Shown one piece after another: positions 56,556-64,000 of a DNA stretch of 64,000 nt. Numbering within the stretch: position 1 is the stretch's first letter; the number at the start of each line of letters is the position of its first letter. Origin of the DNA: Bradyrhizobium sp. (GTDB taxonomy: Bacteria; Pseudomonadota; Alphaproteobacteria; Rhizobiales; Xanthobacteraceae); assembly GCF_030646015.1 (NCBI RefSeq), contig NZ_JAUSLT010000067.1, positions 27,484-91,483 of the forward strand, read 5' to 3'. The notes under the pieces are model-generated. The model made no database searches and was not told the origin of the DNA. It was given only the letters and a program-made list of their open reading frames with translations. The translations under genes were made by a program, and so were the position numbers.

Positions 56556-57211
56556 ATACTTCGCCTACCATTCTACCGCTTGACGAGACCTGTATAACCT
56601 CACCTTCAAAGGTGCATCTCGCGGTCACGGGCGCCGCGATGCTTTGGCCGCACGATCCTGATGCAAGAGAGCGAACAGCTCTTTCGTGGGTCGTGCATGA
56701 GGCGCGCGAACTGATGCGCGCGCGCCGATTGGCGCAAGAGGCAATTCTGGAGTTGGCTGAGCGCGGCCCAGACGCATTGCCGATGCAGGACCTTACGCAG
56801 GCATTGCTTGATCCCATCAAAAAGGGTTTCTTTGCGGGGCAGTTTCTAAGGCTCGCGTTGACCGGCCGTAATCCAGACGGAACGAAGCCCAATCTTGGCG
56901 AGGTGAACAAGTTCTTAGCTCGCCGCTACACAGGCAAGAAGGCAACCGACACCACGGCCATTTCTCAAATCTGGAAAGACTATCGACCCGTCGCGCACTA
57001 TTGGGCTGCTCACCTTGACTATTGCGAAGCCACAGGCAGAAGCGACCTACCTTGCGCCGTTTCGGAATTCGGAAATTTCCTAGTGCGGGCCGAATCCTGG
57101 CGAGTTCGCGGAGAGGCCGGAAAGCCGCATAGGAATGCACCGTCGACCGTGCTTGACCCGAGCGAAACAGTCCGATTGCCGCCGGAGATCAAGTTTCGCA
57201 AAATTTATTGA
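56552..57211 (+). CDS. hypothetical protein, translationally coupled to int
   Basis: ATGA overlap with the integrase stop. 219 aa with no recognisable domain. Confidence 0.5.
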   Translation: MNTSPTILPLDETCITSPSKVHLAVTGAAMLWPHDPDARERTALSWVVHEARELMRARRLAQEAILELAERGPDALPMQDLTQALLDPIKKGFFAGQFLRLALTGRNPDGTKPNLGEVNKFLARRYTGKKATDTTAISQIWKDYRPVAHYWAAHLDYCEATGRSDLPCAVSEFGNFLVRAESWRVRGEAGKPHRNAPSTVLDPSETVRLPPEIKFRKIY

Positions 57212-57293
57212 AATACTTCCCGCCGGACTTTTGAGCTAGCGCTGATGCGTTCCCGCAGAACGTTGCGGGACTCCTGAGAAACAGGGAGCATCA

Positions 57294-57551
57294 ATGATAG
57301 GCGCGACCGATACCAAGACTGCAGAGCAGACCCCTCGAATTTTCACCGAGGAAAATTACCGGCCGGTGCCGATCGCATATCCGCCGGCAGTTGCCGCGGT
57401 CGCGTCTGGTCGCACCAGGACGCGAATTTTCGGTGCGATCGAAAGCGGCGAGTTGGTGGCCCGCAAAGACGGCAAAGCAACAATCATCGAGCACGACGAA
57501 CTGATGCGATGGGTCAAAACTCTGCCTGTCGTAAAGGCGAGGGCGTCCTGA
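57294..57551 (+). CDS. AlpA/excisionase-type HTH DNA-binding protein
   Basis: VASGRTRTRIFGAIESGELVARKDGKATIIEHDELMRWV fits the HTH_17 pattern (SR..iy..I..GEL.a.K.G....I...dL..W). Confidence 0.55.
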   Translation: MIGATDTKTAEQTPRIFTEENYRPVPIAYPPAVAAVASGRTRTRIFGAIESGELVARKDGKATIIEHDELMRWVKTLPVVKARAS

Positions 57552-57554
57552 TCA

Positions 57555-57857
57555 ATGGCCGGCGCCCGCCCATACCGTAACCCGATCTATGCCGCCGATA
57601 TCCGCGAGCTCGGTGGCGTCGTGTCGGTGCACACAAGTCGGGATCGATGCGACGGCGCGCCGGTGTTCCGCGTCGGGCACATCAGCGGCGGCGGCGACGT
57701 GGCGTTTCTATCGTTGCCGATCATGCTGGAGGATCACGCCGCGGCTGCTGCGCGCGTCCTGGCTGAATTCGTCGGGTGTTCTGCGGACGTCCAGAAATCT
57801 GACGCAGGTTTGCCACGGGAAACATCTGACGCAGAAATAGCCGGCGGTGCGAAATGA
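57555..57857 (+). CDS. hypothetical protein
   Basis: 100-aa ORF tightly packed after the previous gene. No recognisable domain. Confidence 0.35.
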   Translation: MAGARPYRNPIYAADIRELGGVVSVHTSRDRCDGAPVFRVGHISGGGDVAFLSLPIMLEDHAAAAARVLAEFVGCSADVQKSDAGLPRETSDAEIAGGAK

Positions 57858-58069
57858 GTACCGGCTATCAAGCAGCACAGGCCAATGGCACGAAAGGCGA
57901 GTGCCGGGAGGGCAGGGTGCGCCACACTGTGACGATGGATCGGGTCGTGTTCGAGGCCGTGCGCGCGGGTGCCATGAGGAACCGCAGGAGCGTTTCCGAG
58001 GAGATCGCGGCAAGGCTGTCAGCATCGGTCGCGTCTCGGGAGGTGCAGATTGCAAATCCCGGATCCTAA
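57854..58069 (+). CDS. ribbon-helix-helix (Arc/MetJ-like) protein
   Basis: ATGA overlap with the upstream ORF. HTVTMDRVVFEAVRAGAMRNRRSVSEEIAARL fits an RHH beta-strand plus two helices. Confidence 0.4.
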   Translation: MSTGYQAAQANGTKGECREGRVRHTVTMDRVVFEAVRAGAMRNRRSVSEEIAARLSASVASREVQIANPGS

Positions 58070-58256
58070 AGCGCGAAACCGCCCGGCGGCGAACCGGGCG
58101 GCAATTCACATTTCGAAAGATGCGCTGACAACGCCAGACACTCTTACAGCAGAACCCGCCGCGCTTCAAGTGAGGCGGCTGCAGCGGTTGCTTTTTGTCA
58201 CGCCTGACACCGCCGCGACGATTGCGCGGCTGCATTTCGGCGAGGGGCGAGCATGA
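58050..58256 (+). CDS. hypothetical protein
   Basis: 68-aa ORF whose stop overlaps the start of the VirE-family gene. Confidence 0.3.
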   Translation: MQIPDPKARNRPAANRAAIHISKDALTTPDTLTAEPAALQVRRLQRLLFVTPDTAATIARLHFGEGRA

Positions 58257-59473
58257 GCAATGTCGTCACCATGCCAGCGCCAGAGTGGACCAAGTCCCTG
58301 CAGCGATACCCCAGCGGCGCCCCCCATGGCAGCCTAGCAAACGTTTGCACCATGTTTCGATCGTCGCCGGAATTGCAGGCCGTTCTAGCGTTTGATGAGT
58401 TTTCGCAAAAGGTCATGCTGCAGTCAGCGCCGCCGTGGGAATTCGAACCGCGGGCTTTTTTGGCGCGGCCCTGGACGTCGCATGATGATGTTCTGGCGAC
58501 AGAGCACGTCCAGCGCGGCGGCATACCGACCAAGGTTTCCACCACGGCGCAGGCGGTTGAGGTGGTGGCGCGGGAGAGACCATATCACCCCGTCAGGGAA
58601 TATCTCGAAAGCAGTGAGTGGGATGGAACGCATCGCCTGCGAACCTTGTTTGCGACCTACTTCGGGACGGTGGACGATCGGTACGTCGCCAACGTCGGCA
58701 GCAGCTTCATGATCGGCGCCGTGGCGCGCGTTCTCAACCCGGGCTGCAAACACGATCATGTGCCGATCATCGAGGGCCCGCAGGGGATCGGAAAATCTAA
58801 GGCACTGAAGATTCTTTTCGGACCGCACTTTTCCGATGAACTTGGCGACTTGGGATCGAAAGATGCGGCTATGCAGCTGCCTGGCGTGTGGGGCTTCGAG
58901 CTAGCCGAGCTGGACGCCTATTCGCGAGCAGAGGCCGGACGGATTAAGGCGTGGGTTTCGCGAACCGTCGACCGTTTCCGGCCGCCCTACGGCACGCGGG
59001 TTATCGAGTTGTCGCGCAGCTGCGTCTTCATCGGCACCACCAACAACGACACCTACCTGAAGGACGAGACCGGTAATCGGCGATTTTGGCCCGTGCGAGC
59101 AACGCGCATTGATGAGGCTGGTCTAGCCCGCGACCGTGACCAGCTTTGGGCAGAGGCCTATCGGCTGTACTGCGGCGGCGCGCCTTGGTGGTTCGTAAAT
59201 CAGGAGGTGGTGAAGCAGGCGCTGCAGGAGCAGGCCGACCGCCTCATAGACGACCCCTGGGACGGGATCATAGGCGCCTACCTTGCGACCCGGGCAGACG
59301 TATCGGTGGCCGAGCTATTGGCGGACGCCATCTGCATCGATCGATCACGCTGGGGCCAGATGGAGCAAAACCGAGTCGCGCGCTGCCTAAAAGCCCGCGG
59401 TTGGCAGCGCGTTCAAGTAAGGGCTGGTGACAAACGGGTGTGGAGATACAGGCGAAATCATGTTGGCGCTTAA
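58253..59473 (+). CDS. virulence-associated protein E (VirE/VapE) family primase-helicase-like P-loop protein
   Basis: Walker A EGPQGIGKSKAL. ...FELAELD...VDRFRPPYG...CVFIGTTNN...DETGNRRFWPV is typical of the VirE family. Confidence 0.85.
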   Translation: MSNVVTMPAPEWTKSLQRYPSGAPHGSLANVCTMFRSSPELQAVLAFDEFSQKVMLQSAPPWEFEPRAFLARPWTSHDDVLATEHVQRGGIPTKVSTTAQAVEVVARERPYHPVREYLESSEWDGTHRLRTLFATYFGTVDDRYVANVGSSFMIGAVARVLNPGCKHDHVPIIEGPQGIGKSKALKILFGPHFSDELGDLGSKDAAMQLPGVWGFELAELDAYSRAEAGRIKAWVSRTVDRFRPPYGTRVIELSRSCVFIGTTNNDTYLKDETGNRRFWPVRATRIDEAGLARDRDQLWAEAYRLYCGGAPWWFVNQEVVKQALQEQADRLIDDPWDGIIGAYLATRADVSVAELLADAICIDRSRWGQMEQNRVARCLKARGWQRVQVRAGDKRVWRYRRNHVGA

Positions 59474-59499
59474 ACAACGACGCATCTGCACCAGTGCAA

Positions 59500-59760
59500 A
59501 GCCGGTGACATCGCGGATGGTGGTGACATCCGAAATCCCTGTGTCGCAAGGGTTGTCATCACAGTCACCAGTATCACCACTCAAAAACCTTGAGATACTA
59601 ATACGCGCATATAGAGGTTTGGAATCTCGATTTGTCACCGGTGACGTGGTGACCGGTGACAAAGGCCAAGCGCGACAGTTTCGTGAAGTGTCGCAAATCG
59701 ACCACCGCAACCGTCGCGAAGATCGGTATCTATCGGCGCGCCTCGAAGTCAGGGTGACCG
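59500..59760. repeat. iteron cluster flanking an AT-rich patch; candidate replication origin of the element
   Basis: GGTGAC(A) occurs at 59504, 59522, 59640, 59648, 59655 and 59753. The inverted form GTCACC occurs at 59564 and 59634. Palindrome TGTCACCGGTGAC at 59633-59645. AT-rich segment at about 59578-59633. Confidence 0.5.
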
Positions 59761-59844
59761 GCAGGGGGGTATCAAATCCCTGCCGATCGGGGCGGTCCCT
59801 ACCGCAGTGGGGGTCACGCAGAGAATCTTTCCCTCAATACGAAT

Positions 59845-60264
59845 TTGAAGGTGCAAACCAAGATGCGAACCAGAGAAAGAAATTCCATCGATTGGAACGG
59901 CATCCGGGCCAGCTATCGGCAAAGCTCGATGTCAATCAGAAGCTTAGCGCGGGACTTTGATGTCAGCGACGCGGCGATTCGGAAGCGAGCGCGCAAGGAG
60001 AGTTGGGTTCGCATCGCGCCGGAGTCTGGTTTGCGCGAACCATCTCAGGCCCACTTTTTTGCTGAGCGGCTGGATGCGCTGGCGACAGCGCTCGCCGCGA
60101 CTGCCGGCGGCAGCGTCGACCGTGCCCAGGAGAGCGACAGGCGGTTTGTCGCGGCGATGCTCGCTCTCAATGCGCCAACCTCGTCGATCGCGATGGTGCT
60201 CAAGGTTCCAGAGCCGCAACTGTTCGCAGAGTTCGCGAACGAACTTGCCATGAGGTGCAAGTGA
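59845..60264 (+). CDS. HTH-containing phage-type protein (possibly small-terminase-like or a regulator)
   Basis: MSIRSLARDFDVSDAAIRKRARKESW is an HTH-like segment. The assignment is weak. Confidence 0.35.
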   Translation: MKVQTKMRTRERNSIDWNGIRASYRQSSMSIRSLARDFDVSDAAIRKRARKESWVRIAPESGLREPSQAHFFAERLDALATALAATAGGSVDRAQESDRRFVAAMLALNAPTSSIAMVLKVPEPQLFAEFANELAMRCK

Positions 60265-60698
60265 TCGTCCTGGGCAAACTTGACGATGTCGGCCGCGCCC
60301 GGCTCGAGGCCGCGGTCGCGAGGGTGCGCGCGTATGAGGTGGGGGTGCGCGCGGCCTGCGGTCACGGCGTTTTCAAGATGGCCGCCAGCGACAGCATCGA
60401 AAAGCGGCGGGCCGGTCAGAACGCGCGTTCCGCCGCGCGCAACTATCGGAATAAGAACAGCTTGGGCCGGGTGGTGGCGACGGTGCCGAAGGCGGGTTTC
60501 ATCGACTGGATGTTGCGAACTGGGTGGTACCCGCGCCCACGAGAGGGTCCGCCCACGTTCGCCGGCGCCGTCGCGGCGCATGAGCTCATGTTGCTGGCGG
60601 TGACGACCGGCAAATCTATCACGCGTGATAACAAGAATTTGCGCGATGGGGCGACGAGTGGAAAAGTCGGGACGAAAGACGAGGAAAGCAAGGCATGA
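60255..60698 (+). CDS. hypothetical protein
   Basis: 147-aa ORF with a GTG start overlapping the upstream gene. Confidence 0.3.
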   Translation: MQVIVLGKLDDVGRARLEAAVARVRAYEVGVRAACGHGVFKMAASDSIEKRRAGQNARSAARNYRNKNSLGRVVATVPKAGFIDWMLRTGWYPRPREGPPTFAGAVAAHELMLLAVTTGKSITRDNKNLRDGATSGKVGTKDEESKA

Positions 60699-60920
60699 AT
60701 AAAGGTGCAGTTTGCGATAAGACATGAGCGCCTCCCACGTTTAGAGTCAGAGGCTGCAGTTTCTCTTCGCTGGGGTCGCTGACTTCGTCGTCGCAGCGGT
60801 CTAGCTCGGCGTCGACGTCATAACCACTGCCGTAACCAGGTCGCGCGACTCGGAACAGCCAAAACCGCGAACGACAATTTCACAAGCTCAACCGGGCTCG
60901 CGCGCCACGAGTTAATCAAT

Positions 60921-62513
60921 TTGTCGCGCCAGGCGCAGGACGTCGCGGTGTCGCTGGCGTCAGGGCAGTCGTCGTTCACGGTGCTGTTCCAGCAAGGCTC
61001 GCAGATTGCCGATGTGTTTATATCTTCACAGTCTGGCGTGAAGGGTTTTGCCCAGCAGGCAAGAGATGCACTGCTGTCTATTCTCACTCCGGGCCGCATG
61101 ATCGTGCTCGGGTTCGCTGCGGCGTCGGCCGCGGCGTACGGGCTCTACGCGCTGTTGAAAACCGAGCAGCCGACCGCGGAGAAAAACCTCGAGGAACATG
61201 CGCGGCTGCTCGGCGTCGTGAAGTCGGCCTACAGTAATGCAACCGAGGCCGGCGCCAAATTCTATGCGCAAAGCCGGGAGCAGACGGTGTTGGAGTCGAC
61301 GGCCAACATCGAGCGAATGCGCAACAACCTGCGTGATCTGACCGCGGAAATGACCAAGGCGAGCACGACGCCGACCTCCCTGGGTATGCCGGAAATGGGT
61401 ATCGGTCCGGATCCGGCTGCGGTCGCGGCACAAGGGCGATTCAAGGAGTTCGCTGCCGCGATTTCCGATCTGCAGCATTCAATCCGCAACGGCTCTCCCG
61501 AATTCGAGGCGTTCAACAAGCGTGTTGCGGATATCGGCACCGAGGAACCGGCGTTACGCGAAGCGGCCGAGCGGCTGCTCGCGATCTCGAAGAATGCGAC
61601 CGGGATGGCCCAGAACCTCGCACATGCGGAGTCGATGTTGCGGCTGATACAGGGCACGGCGACGGAAGCCGACCGCGCCCTGCTCAACCTCGCGGGAACG
61701 ATCAACAAGGTCAACATGTCGCGTATGCGCGAGCAGAACGAAATCGCGCTGAAGGGTCTCACGGCGTTCAGTCCGGCGGCAAAGGGGGAGATTGCCTTTC
61801 TCGAAACCAAGATGCGCCTGCAGGACCAGGTGAACCGTCAAGAAATGACGAGCGCAGAGCAGGAAGAGCAGTCGGCCGCGGCCCGTCGGTATGCGCTGGC
61901 GAGCGCCGCCGTTGCACAGTCCGAGGCAGCGCGCGCCCGGGAATTGTCGGCGACCCAGAGCGTAGCTTCGGCGCAACTCGAAATCGACATGACCGGGAAG
62001 TCAATCGGCCAGCAAGCCGAGATGCGCGCCAACCTACAGGTGCGCCAGGCTCTCGAGCAACAGGCCAGCCAGAACCGGGCCGCGTTTGATGAAGGCGAAT
62101 ATGAGCGGCTGAAGAAGATCAACGCGAAATTGGGTGAGCGGACGCAGTTGGCCGCCCTAGCCGCCATCCGGAACAGTATAAAGTTCGACAGGGACACAGC
62201 GTTCCTGTCGCAAGAAGACGTCCAGATCGCTTCGCAACTGAAGGGTCTCTTCCCCGATATCGCTACGGCCTTGAAAAGCCCGGAAGCTGCCGCAATCAAG
62301 TTCAACGATCAAATCAAATCGATCAAAGCTACGGCGGAACAACTTGCCGGAACCTTTGCAAACGATTTCGTGTCGGGAATAATGAAGGGAAACTCGGCGA
62401 TGGTCGCAATGCCTACGGCGTGCCGCGGTCTCGCTGGTGCATTGGCTAATGAAAAGAAAGCTCAGGACGATCCTCCGAAAGAGGTTGTCGAGCCGATGCG
62501 AAAGGCGGCCTGA
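60921..62513 (+). CDS. phage tail tape-measure-like protein (possibly N-terminally truncated)
   Basis: TTG start. QDVAVSLASGQSSFTVLFQQGSQIADVF resembles the conserved tape-measure block but lies at the extreme N-terminus. The rest is a long Ala/Gln/Glu-rich coiled-coil-like sequence. Confidence 0.5.
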   Translation: MSRQAQDVAVSLASGQSSFTVLFQQGSQIADVFISSQSGVKGFAQQARDALLSILTPGRMIVLGFAAASAAAYGLYALLKTEQPTAEKNLEEHARLLGVVKSAYSNATEAGAKFYAQSREQTVLESTANIERMRNNLRDLTAEMTKASTTPTSLGMPEMGIGPDPAAVAAQGRFKEFAAAISDLQHSIRNGSPEFEAFNKRVADIGTEEPALREAAERLLAISKNATGMAQNLAHAESMLRLIQGTATEADRALLNLAGTINKVNMSRMREQNEIALKGLTAFSPAAKGEIAFLETKMRLQDQVNRQEMTSAEQEEQSAAARRYALASAAVAQSEAARARELSATQSVASAQLEIDMTGKSIGQQAEMRANLQVRQALEQQASQNRAAFDEGEYERLKKINAKLGERTQLAALAAIRNSIKFDRDTAFLSQEDVQIASQLKGLFPDIATALKSPEAAAIKFNDQIKSIKATAEQLAGTFANDFVSGIMKGNSAMVAMPTACRGLAGALANEKKAQDDPPKEVVEPMRKAA

Positions 62514-62516
62514 GAG

Positions 62517-63374
62517 ATGTCGGCTTGCAATGTGCTGGTGAAAAAACAGTCTGTGCACATTCTGATGGACGGGCTGTCGTACCATTCTGACGGCGTCGTG
62601 GTCCGGATTTCGCAAAAATGCTTTACCATGCCGACGCTGCACGCTTGCATTGCAACGATCGGCGCCGGCGGCGCGGCGATGATTTTCAGCATCAAGGCGG
62701 GAGAAGTGTTCTCTTCGTTCGACGAACTGGTTGATGGTGCTGAAGATGAATTTCCCAGTATCTTTGATCGCCACCGCGATCTATTCGAACAATGTGAATT
62801 CAGCGATTGCGAGCTATACGTGGCTGGATGGTCGAAGGCCAGCAATCAAGCCGAAGCCTACATGATGCGCATCCACGATCCGAAGGCGCAAGAATTCTGG
62901 AACGAGGCGACGACCGGTTCCGAGTATTCGGCGGAAGCCTTTAGGCTTCAAAAGCTCGATGGGATCGTCACGAACCCGCCGCCGGACGTCTCAGAACTCA
63001 AGGCCGCCGGTATGAGCTTCAACTGTCGACCGGAGGAAATCGGCGAAGTGATGTCGCCGGATGTCGGCTTATTGCACTTGATGGAAGTGCAGCGCCGAAA
63101 GAAAACGCCGCTGCGCCCCGAGCTTGATGCGCACTATTGGGTTGGTGGTCTCGCCTTGCTCACCTCGATCGACAGGACCGGCATCACGCAACGTGTGCTG
63201 CACCGATGGACCGAGGACAAGGTAGGCGAGGTGGTTACGCCGCGTCCGATCGACTGGAAGGCCTGGCGCGCATCGCGAGTGGTGGCCGGCGCTGCGATCC
63301 CTGAGGGTCTGTCGCGCCTACAGCGTGAGCGGATGGAAAAGAAGGCGCGGAAGGGGACGCTGCGAGCGGTGTAA
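62517..63374 (+). CDS. hypothetical protein
   Basis: 285-aa ORF starting 4 nt after the previous stop. No recognisable domain. Confidence 0.45.
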   Translation: MSACNVLVKKQSVHILMDGLSYHSDGVVVRISQKCFTMPTLHACIATIGAGGAAMIFSIKAGEVFSSFDELVDGAEDEFPSIFDRHRDLFEQCEFSDCELYVAGWSKASNQAEAYMMRIHDPKAQEFWNEATTGSEYSAEAFRLQKLDGIVTNPPPDVSELKAAGMSFNCRPEEIGEVMSPDVGLLHLMEVQRRKKTPLRPELDAHYWVGGLALLTSIDRTGITQRVLHRWTEDKVGEVVTPRPIDWKAWRASRVVAGAAIPEGLSRLQRERMEKKARKGTLRAV

Positions 63375-63400
63375 TGGCGCGGACGACCGACTCCTCCGGC

Positions 63401-63631
63401 CTAACGGGCAGATGGGATGTTTGCTTTCAATGCCGCTTCACCCGCGGCCGTGATACGATACTTCGGATACGGGCCGGCTTGCTTTTCGATCCAACCCTTT
63501 GCCAGCATGGTGGCAATGGTGTTGGTCTTAGCAGGATACAGAGCGGCCTCCGGCAGCCATTTGGACCCCTGCATATTTTGCAGAGCCGTGCGCTCGACGT
63601 TGTGCGGGATGTGAGGAGGTCGCTGCGCCAA
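63401..63631 (-). CDS. hypothetical small protein
   Basis: 76-aa ORF. KYRITAAGEAAL is reminiscent of a winged-helix C-terminus, but the evidence is weak. Confidence 0.3.
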   Translation of the reverse strand: MAQRPPHIPHNVERTALQNMQGSKWLPEAALYPAKTNTIATMLAKGWIEKQAGPYPKYRITAAGEAALKANIPSAR

Positions 63632-63688
63632 CTATTTCCCTTTCGCCTCCAGCCCGATCTTCGGCGGATTTGCCACGGTGGGTGTTTC

Positions 63689-63994
63689 TCACAGTTGCAG
63701 GCCAGCAGCTTGCACTGTTATCCGATAACTTAACGATCTCTTTTGATTACCTACTTCCACATCAATCTGGACCGTGTCCGCCCCTGAAAAATCTTTGTTC
63801 GGGGCGTATATCAGTGCGGTACTAGGGATCTTCCTCGCCGGGCATTTGCTGGACGCAGGAACGTTAGTCACCGTTATCTGCATCTGAATGACGCCGTTGG
63901 CCGGCGCGCCGCTGACGACGGGCACGGCAACTGGGCCAGGATTTGTGCTGCAGTCGGCCCGCGCATTTAGAAAATTGACCAACACAACCGGCAC
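63689..63994 (-). CDS. hypothetical protein; N-terminus may lie beyond the window
   Basis: ORF reaching the window edge. Beta-rich sequence with no recognisable domain. Confidence 0.3.
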   Translation of the reverse strand: MPVVLVNFLNARADCSTNPGPVAVPVVSGAPANGVIQMQITVTNVPASSKCPARKIPSTALIYAPNKDFSGADTVQIDVEVGNQKRSLSYRITVQAAGLQL

Positions 63995-64000
63995 GCCGAC

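Larger units (their letters stand above)
55150..64000. mobile_element. integrated element (P4-like satellite or cryptic prophage remnant); right end beyond the window
   Basis: Visibly lower GC content. Gene set: tyrosine integrase, AlpA-like excisionase, RHH protein, VirE-family primase/helicase, iteron region and tape-measure-like gene. Adjacent to the tRNA-like sequence. Confidence 0.65.

Noticed and set aside
59427-59960. 177-aa plus-strand ORF spanning the region after the VirE-family gene.
   Set aside because: It runs through the GGTGAC iteron array and the AT-rich patch and overlaps the next gene's start. The region is better explained as a non-coding origin.
1-64000. Search for CRISPR arrays, rRNA genes, IS elements or transposases.
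   Set aside because: I saw no regularly spaced direct repeats with unique spacers, no rRNA-like sequence, and no transposase-like ORFs or terminal inverted repeats by eye. Absence is not proven without a computational scan.

Overview
GC-rich alphaproteobacterial chromosome; gene content and protein style look Bradyrhizobium/Nitrobacteraceae-like, which is an inference because no search was run. Layout from left to right:

- **1-11 kb, housekeeping and accessory genes:** cysK, an orphan BrnA-like antitoxin, a caspase/peptidoglycan-binding protein, a DMT transporter, RidA, DUF808, TenA and a LuxR-type regulator.
- **11.1-15.8 kb, cryptic lasso-peptide (RiPP) cluster:** an Asn-synthetase-like cyclase, split B1 (PqqD/RRE) and B2 (transglutaminase-like protease), a McjD-like ABC exporter, and a 37-aa precursor ORF that is missing from the supplied ORF track. 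The genes sit on alternating strands.
- **16-19.4 kb, flanking genes:** a small secreted Cys-loop peptide gene and a translationally coupled methyltransferase / acyltransferase-3 / SGNH-esterase operon.
- **19.9-21.8 kb:** a methyl-accepting chemotaxis protein (MCP).
- **21.8-53.8 kb, block dominated by phosphate-starvation functions:**
  - a ugp-like ABC importer with two metallophosphoesterases;
  - a PhoU/DUF47-like 642-aa protein paired with a truncated pyruvate-phosphate-dikinase-like protein;
  - the complete C-P lyase phn cluster (phnCDEE, phnF, phnGHIJKLMN, a second phnM, DUF1045 and a hexapeptide transferase);
  - PPK2 and the betaine-lipid genes btaA/btaB;
  - Pho-box-like direct repeats in at least five promoters.
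- **From about 55.07 kb to the window end, lower-GC integrated element:** a tRNA-Lys-like sequence followed by a P4-type integrase, an AlpA-like excisionase, a VirE-family primase/helicase, an iteron-rich putative origin and a tape-measure-like fragment.

No rRNA genes or CRISPR arrays were seen. Many long ORFs in the track are antisense artefacts of high GC content.
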